This document shows positions 24,586 through 33,533 of a stretch of 64,000 nt of DNA, in pieces (positions within the stretch are counted from its first letter, which is position 1; every line of letters starts with the position of its first letter). Position numbers and translations under genes: made by a program. Below the pieces are notes generated by a model that ran no database searches, was not told where the DNA came from, and saw nothing but the letters and a program-made list of their open reading frames with translations. This DNA comes from a virus, in IMG/VR virus record IMGVR_UViG_3300045988_120652; one strand, 5' to 3'.

Positions 24586-24969
24586 ATGACAAAAAAAGAA
24601 TTAGAAGAATGCTTGTGTGACGAGCAAGCAAAAAGTATTGCTATTGAAAAACTTAATAGCAACCCGGAAATGAAAATCCCGTTGAGTAAGATTCAGTTCT
24701 ATGCCGCATATATCCGCGGTCTACAAAGTGCCTACGACGTACTTTTCAAAAGAATGATTGTTTTGGCAAAGCGGTCTGAGAAGCCATATCTGCAAGCGGA
24801 ATATAATCTTATTATGAGTAACGTCAATGCGCTCTATGACTACCACACGGGGAAGTATAACGTGAGATATAGAAATCACATTAACGACAAGAAGGGTAAG
24901 CTGATTAAGTGTGAGGCATACATGACTAAAGGGGTTCAGTTAGATGTTGAAGTTAAATATAACAGATAA
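24586..24969 (+). CDS. hypothetical protein (127 aa)
   Basis: First ATG (MTKKELEE). The track start is a GTG inside the previous gene. Confidence 0.5.
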   Translation: MTKKELEECLCDEQAKSIAIEKLNSNPEMKIPLSKIQFYAAYIRGLQSAYDVLFKRMIVLAKRSEKPYLQAEYNLIMSNVNALYDYHTGKYNVRYRNHINDKKGKLIKCEAYMTKGVQLDVEVKYNR

Positions 24970-24980
24970 ACCGAAAACCA

Positions 24981-25730
24981 ATGCAACAGGAAATACCCGA
25001 ACAATATAGTCCTTGTAACGAATTAGCCGATCTATGCGTTGATAGAGAAGGCAACTTTCTTTATCGTGGAAAGCCTAAAGCCGTAATTCGCCCTGTTAGT
25101 AGGCACGGTAAAAAGCTAACGGCTCGCATTGCCATTATGCGTGAGAGAAAGCAGATGTATTTTTCTGCTGCCCAGCTTGTCGCTTCTGCTTTCATCCCCG
25201 GGTACGATAATCATGCGTATATAGAATATAAGGATGGAGACATACATAACATTTGTGCTGACAATCTCGGCATCGTCACGAAAAAAGATTATTATGCAGC
25301 TCGCATGGCCGTAGCCAATTATTATCACAAGCGAGGCACTTATCAGTATCAGGTAGAACGCATAGAAAATACCATTTTTGATGCCCAAGCCGTATTGCAT
25401 TATTTCAAGACGGGAGACATGAGCGAGGTAAACAAGCGAGTGGAAACCTACTTGTTTGAATGTTTGATGCTCTACTGCGTCAAAAGCCTACACCTCTCTG
25501 AGCAGACGGCATACGAATATGCCGCAGATGTGATTGTTCGGATGTACGATGTATTGTTGTCCGGTCATGCCGTATCTAATCTCGAATATTATTGCAAGGA
25601 ATTGCTCTTGCATCGCAAACGCTATAAGGTCTATGGAGTTAAAGGTTCGATAAAGAAAGAAATTAAATTGATGATAAAAGATTTGGATTTGACGCTCATT
25701 CAAGAAAAGTATGATGTGTCGATAGTCTAA
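24981..25730 (+). CDS. HNH_3/NUMOD4-like homing-endonuclease-related protein with degenerate HNH
   Basis: YFSAAQLVASAFIPGYDNHAYIEYKDGDIHNICADNL parallels the (H)RLVA.AF..N....V.H.DG...NN...NL pattern, but the first His is replaced. Confidence 0.45.
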   Translation: MQQEIPEQYSPCNELADLCVDREGNFLYRGKPKAVIRPVSRHGKKLTARIAIMRERKQMYFSAAQLVASAFIPGYDNHAYIEYKDGDIHNICADNLGIVTKKDYYAARMAVANYYHKRGTYQYQVERIENTIFDAQAVLHYFKTGDMSEVNKRVETYLFECLMLYCVKSLHLSEQTAYEYAADVIVRMYDVLLSGHAVSNLEYYCKELLLHRKRYKVYGVKGSIKKEIKLMIKDLDLTLIQEKYDVSIV

Positions 25731-25778
25731 GTTTTATCATCTTATGCTGACGGAATAAAAAGAACATCAATAGATATT

Positions 25779-26405
25779 ATGAAAAAAAACCGTAAATATA
25801 CTGACGAGCCAGGAGCTGATAAGGGAGCCATACACTTGATAATAAACAAGTTTCGTAGCAGCATCTGTCCGTTTTGTTGCAATAAGCAGTACGACCCCGA
25901 TACGATTCCCGTGGCGACTGTAAAGGAACTGAAGGCTGCGCATACTGTTATGCTTACTGGTGGAGAACCGTTCGTGGTGCCCGGCATTATTGACTTTTGT
26001 TCACACCTGCGCTTTGATTATTCTAACATCAAGCAAATATATGTCTACACTTCTGGCTATATAATGTCCACCCATGAGGAATTGCATAATTATCCATGTA
26101 GACTCTACCGAAACGTGGACGGCATTAACTTTTCACCTAAAAGTAAGTACGACTACGAGGCAATTAAGAATATGCTGACGAATGGGGATTTTGCAATAGA
26201 GTTCTTTGCCCATGCTCGTAGCAACCGCATTATCCTAATGCCTAACGACTTTATGACCCGTAAGCAGCAGGAAGAATTTATTGAGAGCCTACCTCTCGAA
26301 GGTTTGGCTTTTTATGGTGCAAAATTTGACGTAGAATATAGAGAATGGCAGGAAGAGTTTCAGCCGAATGGTGGCGTGTGGCGCAGACTGCCAGTTTTCT
26401 TGTAA
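25779..26405 (+). CDS. radical-SAM activase-like protein with non-canonical Cys motif
   Basis: LIINKFRSSICPFCCN aligns with the NrdG/PflA-type CxxxCxxC region, but the first Cys is Arg. VMLTGGEPF matches the SAM-binding GGE motif. Confidence 0.4.
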   Translation: MKKNRKYTDEPGADKGAIHLIINKFRSSICPFCCNKQYDPDTIPVATVKELKAAHTVMLTGGEPFVVPGIIDFCSHLRFDYSNIKQIYVYTSGYIMSTHEELHNYPCRLYRNVDGINFSPKSKYDYEAIKNMLTNGDFAIEFFAHARSNRIILMPNDFMTRKQQEEFIESLPLEGLAFYGAKFDVEYREWQEEFQPNGGVWRRLPVFL

Positions 26406-26504
26406 TCGTTTCATCCCAAGAAGTAAAATCATTCATATAAGTAAATTTTAGGTTGTTGGAAGGACAGTCGTTGTGAAACGGCTGCCCTTCGTCTTTCTTA
26501 TACA

Positions 26505-26590
26505 AAACTAAAAAATCAAAAATGAACAATTCAAAATGCGCGTAGCGCACAATTCAAAAATCAAAACTCAAAAATCAAAACTCAAAACTC
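26505..26590. repeat. TTTTGA-unit array plus hairpin (copy F), in forward orientation for the minus strand, just after the terL stop
   Basis: TGCGC-gta-GCGCA at 26537-26549, identical to the D' hairpin. Flanked by (a)tcaaaa(a/c) units. Confidence 0.7.
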
Positions 26591-26592
26591 CC

Positions 26593-28584
26593 TCACCTTC
26601 CACTCGGCAGCACAAACCAACCGCCACCGACACGGAAGAACTTGCAACCTAAGTACAGCGTATCAAAGGCATCGGTAAAATCGGTACGGTTTTGTAAGGG
26701 GAGGGTCGTTTCGCTCTCGGGCTTTTTTTCTTCAGACTTATTTTTGTGAAATCCTCGATACGAAATCTGCACTTCGCAGAGCTGCATGGCAATGATAAGG
26801 TCTGGGTTGTTCGGCTGATTGATGCGGATGGCAGGGTAGGAGAGGTGAGCCAAGCCGTCGTTGATGATCTTGTGCTTCACCTCGTGCTTCTCAGGAGCAC
26901 CCATATCTATGGCGGTCACGTTCCACCCTCGCTTCTCTAATTCTGCAATCACTGTCATATAGAACCGCTCGTCCGATGAAGCATACGATGCGCCCTGCTT
27001 TGCCGTGGCATCATAAAAATACGTCACGTCGCGGTTGATGGCCCGCTTCGGTGCGTAATAATCCGAAAAATCGGCTATCAGTTCACGCAGCTTTCGCTCG
27101 TTCTTCACATAGAAACTCTTGATGACGTTCAGACAGTCCATGCCGTCGCGCTCGTACATTTGCCCGACCACCAAGGTATTGATGTTGGCGTTGTAGTCGA
27201 GAGCTATATATAAAGGTAGAGAGTTGATGCAGTCGGCATCCATGCGGCAGTCGTTGCGCTCGGACAGTTCTTTTAAGTCCGGCTGATAACTCTCGCTTGT
27301 GATGCGTTTGCCGTTGATGATGCCAGTAGATTTTTGCGTACTAAAATTAGCTTGGCTTAGTACATCATTGTCTATTGTATAACCGTGGACATGGTCGATG
27401 TCGAGGTTGGAGTAAAAGCCATCGTTTGACTTCTGCACCTTGATGTTGAGAATCGAGACTGCGAAAGTGTAGGGTGGAAGATCTCTCTTCATCTGACGGA
27501 TATAGTCTTCACCCAGAATATCAATATTTTCTAAAGTGCTTGCTCTACGAACCACAAAAGCTACTCGGCGCAGCTCACGCAGGTAGCCGTCGGAGAATTT
27601 CTTTGACCGCAGAAACATCTGCATCTCAAAATCCTCTTCAGGCGTGATAAGGTATTCGTAATCGTAAATCAGTTCGGCATCTTCCTGCGGAATAAGTTTA
27701 TAGTTGACAGCCATCTCCACCATACCCTTTGTGACGTGTAGACCATGGTTGGGCATAATCTTGAACTGTCCCTCATGCTTCATCATCTTCAGAGCCACGG
27801 CACGGATCATTGTGCGCAGTTCATTCGACACCACATGAACCGAGTGACTGGTCTTCTTGGCGTTATACAGCAGGTCGTTGTAGCGTATCACCTTGTCGGC
27901 GTATTCCTCCAACTGCTCCTGCACCCATCGGTAGGTCTTGCTCTTGAATGGACCCGTCTCCACGGTCATGTCTAACTTCTCCTCCTCTTTTTCCAGCCAC
28001 GAACCTTTGGCTGTGAGCGAAGCATCCGAGAGGAAGCGTGTACTTTTATACATCGGATTGTAGTCGGAGAAGTTGATGTCGCCCAACGGGTGCGTCTGGC
28101 CCGAAAGCGCCGGCATCAACTCGTCGGTCACTTTCTTATAAGGAAAGAACCTCGCCTCGTCGCCCACCATCGCCGAGAACGTGTAAGAGTTGGCAGAGGC
28201 AGTCTGTGAGAGCGATATAAGTACCCATAAAGACCCATTTGCAAACCATATCACGTTGTCATAGTTCTTGGGCTTGAATATGCTCTCTTTTGCATGCTTA
28301 GGCGGGCGTCCCCAACCTACATGAATGCCTAATACGAAACCGAACATACGTTCCAAAGCGGCCAATGTTCCAGGGATTGTTTTACTAAAACCTTGTTGCC
28401 GGCTCACAGCTACCCATGCACCGAGCATACCAGGCATGGAATTAGAGGCAGCCCAGACGTATGGCGCAACCAATCCATCGGTTTTTCCAGTACGTCGAGC
28501 CGCTATAATCCTCTCATCTTTCGCTTCCATAATGAGGGACTTTTGCTGAAATTTATTCAGGTATATCTGATGTGGTTCTTTCAT
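26593..28584 (-). CDS. terL: terminase large subunit
   Basis: Walker A-like IIAARRTGKTDG. Walker B-like AMVGDEARFF. The C-terminal half has LYIALDYNANINTLVVGQ (RNase H-like nuclease beginning). The 663-aa size fits. Confidence 0.85.
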   Translation of the reverse strand: MKEPHQIYLNKFQQKSLIMEAKDERIIAARRTGKTDGLVAPYVWAASNSMPGMLGAWVAVSRQQGFSKTIPGTLAALERMFGFVLGIHVGWGRPPKHAKESIFKPKNYDNVIWFANGSLWVLISLSQTASANSYTFSAMVGDEARFFPYKKVTDELMPALSGQTHPLGDINFSDYNPMYKSTRFLSDASLTAKGSWLEKEEEKLDMTVETGPFKSKTYRWVQEQLEEYADKVIRYNDLLYNAKKTSHSVHVVSNELRTMIRAVALKMMKHEGQFKIMPNHGLHVTKGMVEMAVNYKLIPQEDAELIYDYEYLITPEEDFEMQMFLRSKKFSDGYLRELRRVAFVVRRASTLENIDILGEDYIRQMKRDLPPYTFAVSILNIKVQKSNDGFYSNLDIDHVHGYTIDNDVLSQANFSTQKSTGIINGKRITSESYQPDLKELSERNDCRMDADCINSLPLYIALDYNANINTLVVGQMYERDGMDCLNVIKSFYVKNERKLRELIADFSDYYAPKRAINRDVTYFYDATAKQGASYASSDERFYMTVIAELEKRGWNVTAIDMGAPEKHEVKHKIINDGLAHLSYPAIRINQPNNPDLIIAMQLCEVQISYRGFHKNKSEEKKPESETTLPLQNRTDFTDAFDTLYLGCKFFRVGGGWFVLPSGR

Positions 28585-28709
28585 TTTTATGTTTTTGTGT
28601 TGTTGTAAAAATAATCATAAAAAAATAGTTGAACGGGACATCATCACTATACGTTTTGCTCGGATTTCTTCTTTTTTTAAAATTCAATTTTTAATTTTAG
28701 AATTAAAAG

Positions 28710-28741
28710 TTTGGAGTTTTCAAATAAAGTCTCTACCTTTG
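28710..28741 (+). promoter_or_regulatory. strong Bacteroidota-type promoter (-33 TTTG, -7 TACCTTTG)
   Basis: TTTG at 28710-28713 and TACCTTTG at 28734-28741, followed by CA. Spacing is 21 nt. Confidence 0.6.
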
Positions 28742-28746
28742 CAGTG

Positions 28747-28952
28747 CTACAATAAAAAATCAAAACATCCATTTGTTCATAGGGAACTGTGAATTTCCCA
28801 CCGAACAAACAAAATGAATACTTACCACCTCCACCATGGAGGAGGGATTATGATACCCTCTTTAGGCGGCGGTCTCCGAACATTAAGTTCCCATTTATGG
28901 GTGTTTTGAAATGTTGTAGCAACGGAGACACGCCGCCAATTTAATTTTTAAT
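28747..28952 (+). ncRNA. candidate ~200-nt structured RNA or leader
   Basis: Three hairpins follow the promoter. (1) UUUGUUC..GGGAA-cugugaa-UUCCC..GAACAAA. (2) CCUCC-accau-GGAGG and GAGGG..CCCUC. (3) A long hairpin, GGCGGCG-GUCUCCG...CGGAGAC-a-CGCCGCC, enclosing CCCAU-uu-AUGGG. This is followed by AAUUUAAUUUUU. Confidence 0.4.
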
Positions 28953-28971
28953 GCTACACATTTCAAAACAA

Positions 28972-29115
28972 ATGAAAACGAAAAAGAAAATGAAGCTCCA
29001 CAACGGCTTAATGTTGTCTCTCGCAATTATAGTGAGTTTTTGCGGGTGTTTGTGCAAAGGTGACTTTGCTTTTCAAGTGTCTTTTCCCTATGCTTCTTTT
29101 ATAATAGAAATGTAA
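28972..29115 (+). CDS. small putative lipoprotein (47 aa)
   Basis: Read by hand: MKTKKKMKLHNGLMLSLAIIVSFCGC.. (signal peptide plus lipobox). Confidence 0.4.
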   Translation: MKTKKKMKLHNGLMLSLAIIVSFCGCLCKGDFAFQVSFPYASFIIEM

Positions 29116-29116
29116 T

Positions 29117-29293
29117 ATGGTACGGCAGACAAATGTAACTATTGATATGGATAAAGACACATTGCAACATGCAGTAACGTCAGTAATAGAACATCTTTCT
29201 CTTTATCCTCCGACAGAAGAAGAACATACCATAGAGTATAGTCTTGGTTTACAGGTTCTTTTTGATTGCTTGAAAGCAACGTTTAATTCTTGA
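29117..29293 (+). CDS. small hypothetical ORF (58 aa)
   Basis: Read by hand: MVRQTNVTIDMDKDTLQHAV... It starts 1 nt after the previous stop and ends 7 nt before the next ATG. Confidence 0.35.
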   Translation: MVRQTNVTIDMDKDTLQHAVTSVIEHLSLYPPTEEEHTIEYSLGLQVLFDCLKATFNS

Positions 29294-29300
29294 TTTGAAG

Positions 29301-30869
29301 ATGCTAAAAAAGAACTCTGTTAGTATTGCTTCCCATCCGATACTTAGTAGAGTATGGGATTACTGTAGAAACGAAGGACAAGATCCATCCTGTATAGGAA
29401 TTAAAAGCGGCAAGATGTATTCTTGGCTTTGTGATAGTTGTTCTACTCCATTCGTATCGACAGCGGAGGAAGTTCATAGACATAAAGGCTTATGTCCCGA
29501 TTGTCATCGGGTAGTAGTTAATCAGCATAGGAAGAGAAAGAACGATATTCAATACGGATCTGTTGCGGATATTCCTTTTATAATGGACTTATGGTGTGAT
29601 GATAATCCCGATCCTCATTCTATTAGAAAAAACTCTCAATCAAAAGTAAAAATCCGTTGTGCAGATTGTGGCAGCGTTGTAGAGCATGCAGTTAGAGACA
29701 TCTATAGGCATCACATGGTTTTTTGCAAGGACTGTGAGAAGAAAAGAAGAGCTTTGACATATCAAAAAACGATTATTGCAAAAACGGGGTCTTGCGCTGA
29801 TTTTCCAGAAATAATGGGTGTTTGGGATTTTGATGCAAATAAAATAACCCCTCAAGTTGTTCCTTCAGGTAGTCGCTATAAAATCCATTGCAAGTGCCCC
29901 CAATGTGGCAGCAGGTGGCAGTCTTTCGTATATCAGAGAAAAGGAAAAACGCCCTTGTGTCAGCGATGCGCAAAAGGAAAAGCTGTTGAACGCCGTGATA
30001 AAGTCAGATCTTCAGAAAGGACAAATAAGTATCTGTCTTTTGCGGAAATAAATCCCGTCCTCGCTTCATGGTGGCATCCAACACTGAATGGGAATGTAAC
30101 TCTTAATGACATACCTCCTGCGTCTCATAAAGAATACTTCTGGATCTGTCCTAATAATCATGTTTTTAAGGCTGCGCCTGAGAACATGAGAGCAAGACGT
30201 TTTTGCCCTGTATGTCGGCCTACTATACATTCCTCTTTTATAGAAATGGCTATAGCTTTTTATCTAAAAGAAGTTTCTACCGTTGAGCAATGGGTAAACA
30301 TCCCAGGCACAAGGATGTCGATGGATATGTATTTACCATTACTTAATACTTGTATAGAGTATGATGGAGTTATGTATCACAACAACTCGCGCCAATATAA
30401 GAGAGATTTACGCAAGGATGAATTGTTGGCACAAAAGCATATTAGGTTGATTCGCATAAAGGAATGGTGTAGCGAAACTCATTCTGAAGACACCATTTAT
30501 TTCGATTACAACAAATTCAATTTACAGGGATTATTAGATACATTATGTGAGATGTTATCTCTGTCTTGTGTAAAGGTTGATTTGCTGAAAGACTCTTCCG
30601 CGATTTATCAAAAGTTATATCCCAAGGTGGTGAAAAATTCTATTTCACAAAAAAATCCCCGTTTAATTCCTTATTGGGATTTACAGGCTAATAATGGTGT
30701 GTCTCCAGACAAGGTTAATGTTTTTTCCACTTTGCTTTTTTCGTGGAAATGCCCAGATTGTAATGCAAAATGGAAACAGTCTCCTATAGGAATGATGCGA
30801 AGAAAAAACATCTGTCAGGAGTGCAATCCTTATGATCACAATAAGGGCAAGACGAGAAAACGGTTATAG
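29301..30869 (+). CDS. five-fold zinc-ribbon repeat protein with embedded Vsr/DUF559-like PD-(D/E)xK nuclease domain
   Basis: Five repeats of W..(N)..P......S...(W/I).C..C...(W/F).......R.....CP.C. The nuclease-like block is MDMYLP..NTCIEYDGVMYHNNSRQYKRDLRKDELLAQKHIRLIRIKEW. Confidence 0.65.
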   Translation: MLKKNSVSIASHPILSRVWDYCRNEGQDPSCIGIKSGKMYSWLCDSCSTPFVSTAEEVHRHKGLCPDCHRVVVNQHRKRKNDIQYGSVADIPFIMDLWCDDNPDPHSIRKNSQSKVKIRCADCGSVVEHAVRDIYRHHMVFCKDCEKKRRALTYQKTIIAKTGSCADFPEIMGVWDFDANKITPQVVPSGSRYKIHCKCPQCGSRWQSFVYQRKGKTPLCQRCAKGKAVERRDKVRSSERTNKYLSFAEINPVLASWWHPTLNGNVTLNDIPPASHKEYFWICPNNHVFKAAPENMRARRFCPVCRPTIHSSFIEMAIAFYLKEVSTVEQWVNIPGTRMSMDMYLPLLNTCIEYDGVMYHNNSRQYKRDLRKDELLAQKHIRLIRIKEWCSETHSEDTIYFDYNKFNLQGLLDTLCEMLSLSCVKVDLLKDSSAIYQKLYPKVVKNSISQKNPRLIPYWDLQANNGVSPDKVNVFSTLLFSWKCPDCNAKWKQSPIGMMRRKNICQECNPYDHNKGKTRKRL

Positions 30870-30892
30870 TTAATATAAAAACGAATGGCAAT

Positions 30893-31132
30893 CTAATTAC
30901 CATTCGTTTTATTTATTTTATGCCCCACATGCCATTTGTTGCATGTCCTGCATCGGTACACCGTATATCCTTGTGCCTTGAGCTTCGGATTTTGTTGAAG
31001 AAATTCCCAAGCATCATCCTCCGTCTCGTAAGCCTCCTTAGCTTTCCAGGAGTGTTGCTTGCGTGTGTAATGCTCGGGGTCCGGCTTGAATGGCGGCACC
31101 TTGTTGAAGTACTTGTGTCTGTTGTTGCCCAT
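30893..31132 (-). CDS. small hypothetical protein (79 aa)
   Basis: Start set at MGNNRHKY, behind a CA-rich leader. Contains YRCRTCNKWH. Confidence 0.5.
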   Translation of the reverse strand: MGNNRHKYFNKVPPFKPDPEHYTRKQHSWKAKEAYETEDDAWEFLQQNPKLKAQGYTVYRCRTCNKWHVGHKINKTNGN

Positions 31133-31164
31133 GTGTTGTTTTTGTGTTGTTGTTAGTTGTGTTG

Positions 31165-31950
31165 TCAGAAGAGAGTAGGCTGCGCCAGCTCCATTTTGAT
31201 GCGCTTGCAAGCCTTGTCGTAATACTCCTTGTTGAGCTCGAAGCCGATGAAGTTTCGCTTTTCACGGATAGCTGCAATGGCGGTGGTGCCGCTGCCCATA
31301 CAGTTGTCTAATATGGTGTCGCCCTCGTTGGAGTAGGTACGGATGAGGTACTGAATAAGAGCAACTGGCTTTTGGGTGGGATGGATCTTCTCCTTATCCC
31401 GAATAAATTCGAGTAAATTTATAGGGAAACGAGAACCATCACTTACTGTCACAGCTCCTCCAGTCTGTGCTTGACATTTTCCTCGTACCATTGCAGCGTC
31501 TTTTCGTTGAATGCCATTTTTGCAGGCATAAGGCTTGTACCCCTTAATCATTTGAGGATGATACTCCATATACTTTTTTTTCTTGCTTTCAGTTGTTGCT
31601 GCCATTCCAAAAACACATATATCTTCTGTAATCTTCAATGGTTGATGATGGGAATTTAAGTAATTAGTACCACTCTCCTTTTTCCATATCCAATTATACT
31701 TATACATATCTATGTTCGACATGATAAGCGCAGACGTAAAAGGTTGCTGACTAAACAAGACTATAGCACCAGTATTCTTTATGATTCTCTTGTATTGCTC
31801 CCACAACTTGTCAAATGGAATTACGCTATCCCAAGCACAAGCAGTAGTACCATACGGCAAATCGCACACAATGCAATCCACACTTCCGTCCAGAATCCTT
31901 TTCATGCCTTCCAGGCAGTCTTCATTATATATCTTATTCAGTTCTATCAT
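31165..31950 (-). CDS. DNA N6-adenine/N4-cytosine methyltransferase (beta class, PF01555-like)
   Basis: Motif IV IVCDLPYG comes first. This is followed by IHPTQKP and motif I ILDNCMGSGTTAIAA. Confidence 0.9.
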   Translation of the reverse strand: MIELNKIYNEDCLEGMKRILDGSVDCIVCDLPYGTTACAWDSVIPFDKLWEQYKRIIKNTGAIVLFSQQPFTSALIMSNIDMYKYNWIWKKESGTNYLNSHHQPLKITEDICVFGMAATTESKKKKYMEYHPQMIKGYKPYACKNGIQRKDAAMVRGKCQAQTGGAVTVSDGSRFPINLLEFIRDKEKIHPTQKPVALIQYLIRTYSNEGDTILDNCMGSGTTAIAAIREKRNFIGFELNKEYYDKACKRIKMELAQPTLF

Positions 31951-31967
31951 TCTCTATATCATTTATT

Positions 31968-32016
31968 CGTTTTGAATTGTCGCCGTTGGCGATTAGGATT
32001 TATCCATTTTTGAGTT
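31968..32016. repeat. TTTTGA-unit element plus hairpin (copy E) between the two paralogous MTase genes
   Basis: gttttgaattg, TCGCC-gttg-GGCGA (31980-31992), ttaggattt. The hairpin is identical to copy D. Confidence 0.65.
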
Positions 32017-32017
32017 G

Positions 32018-32920
32018 TCAGAACAGCGTGAACTGCGCTTGCTCCAACTTGATGCGCTTACAAGCCTTGTCGTAATACTCCTTGTTGAGCTCGAAGCCGA
32101 TGAAGTTGCGCTTGGTCTGTACGCAGCCTACCTGCGTTGTTCCCACTCCCGAAAACGGGTCTAAGACAATATCACCTTCGTTACTGCTGGCTTTTATCAG
32201 TCTACGGATTAGCTTTAACGGCTTTTGAGTGGGATGGATATGTTTTTCTTCATAAAAGTTAATATCAGACCACACGTCAGTAACTCCTATTTGCGGATTG
32301 AATGTCTGAGCGACTTTTTCATACGGACAATCAAAGGAGAGTACATGGGAAAGTTTGTCCCAGAGCTCCTTCGTAGGAAATTGCTCACATACGTTATTGC
32401 CGGTGTAAATACTCCACATGCCACCGCCATTAGACTTAACCCCCAACGCTTCATTGATTTGCTTGGCAGTCAGTCCTAATGCTTCTTGGCGTTCTTTGAG
32501 GAATGGCTTTACAAATTTCTTGTTGTCTTTGATTATAAAGAGTACGCTTTCCGTTACGTTAGGAAACATCTTGTATCTTCGTGTAGCCCGTCCGCTTACG
32601 ACACGCATACCCTTATCAATAACAATTTGCTGTCTTAATTCAAGTCCAAGTGATTCAAGGTAAGGAATGAGCAAGACTAAGATTCTGAAATAACCAAAGC
32701 AGTAGAATGTTCCACCTATACGCAAAACTCGCGCAACCTCCTTCATCCATTTAATGCACCATTCCACATAATCGCTCTCAGTTCTCCATTGATAATCCCA
32801 TTGCTCGTCAATTACTTTCCAGTAAGGAGGGTCTGCAACCGCAAGGCCTATGGAATTATCTTGAATGGCTTTCATCCCTTCCAGGCAGTCTTCATTATAT
32901 ATCTTATTCAGTTCTATCAT
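32018..32920 (-). CDS. DNA N6-adenine/N4-cytosine methyltransferase (beta class), paralog of 31165..31950
   Basis: Motif IV AVADPPYW, then IHPTQKP and VLDPFSGVGTT. The first 17 aa and last ~20 aa are almost identical to the neighbour. Confidence 0.9.
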   Translation of the reverse strand: MIELNKIYNEDCLEGMKAIQDNSIGLAVADPPYWKVIDEQWDYQWRTESDYVEWCIKWMKEVARVLRIGGTFYCFGYFRILVLLIPYLESLGLELRQQIVIDKGMRVVSGRATRRYKMFPNVTESVLFIIKDNKKFVKPFLKERQEALGLTAKQINEALGVKSNGGGMWSIYTGNNVCEQFPTKELWDKLSHVLSFDCPYEKVAQTFNPQIGVTDVWSDINFYEEKHIHPTQKPLKLIRRLIKASSNEGDIVLDPFSGVGTTQVGCVQTKRNFIGFELNKEYYDKACKRIKLEQAQFTLF

Positions 32921-32939
32921 TCTCTATTGTTTTTTTCTA

Positions 32940-33533
32940 TCAGTTAAACCATTTTACGGTTGTCTCGCCCTCATATCCTTTCTCCCACACGAACCAGGCG
33001 TAAGCCGCAGCGCTGCCGCCGTACTTGTCGAAGTCGCCATTCATAGCGCATTTCAGTCTTGACGAGCTTACCCAAACACGAATGGGGGGGGTAGAACGGA
33101 AGAGAGCGCGTCGAGCCTTGCCTTCGAGGAAAGTCAGCTTCAGGAACATCGCCACCTTCTTTCCTTCGGGGATGATGCTCAGAGCCTTTTCCACAAACAG
33201 CAGCGCATATTTGTAGGGAGGATTGGTAACGATGTTGCCGTCCCATTCCATATTGTCAATAGAGAGAAAGTCGGCCACCTCGCCGTAACCTCTATCTACA
33301 AGGTCGCGGCTCACCACCTCATACCCTGCTGTCTCCAACACTCTACTCATGTGTCCCTCGCCACACGACGGCTCAAGAATCCTGCCCTCAAACCGCTCCA
33401 GCTTGCACAGCCATTCCGTCGCCTTCGGCTCAGTGGCATAGTAATCCTCACGCTGCCTGTCCCCATCAGCATGATTACTCGCGCCTAATGTCTTGAACAC
33501 CGCAGCCGAGCCACCCACCCAGTCTTTAGCCAT
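32940..33533 (-). CDS. DNA N6-adenine methyltransferase (gamma-type order: motif I then NPPY)
   Basis: ILEPSCGEGHM (motif I) and IVTNPPYKY (motif IV). Start set at MAKDW. Contains a C8 run on the coding strand (33084-33091). Confidence 0.8.
   Translation of the reverse strand: MAKDWVGGSAAVFKTLGASNHADGDRQREDYYATEPKATEWLCKLERFEGRILEPSCGEGHMSRVLETAGYEVVSRDLVDRGYGEVADFLSIDNMEWDGNIVTNPPYKYALLFVEKALSIIPEGKKVAMFLKLTFLEGKARRALFRSTPPIRVWVSSSRLKCAMNGDFDKYGGSAAAYAWFVWEKGYEGETTVKWFN

Noticed and set aside
28814-28912. 32-codon ORF (MNTYHLHHGGGIMIPSLGGGLRTLSSHLWVF) inside the structured RNA region
   Set aside because: It is possible as a leader peptide. However, it coincides with the hairpin arms, so its sequence is dictated by the stems, and nothing else supports it. 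I kept it as part of the RNA/leader candidate.
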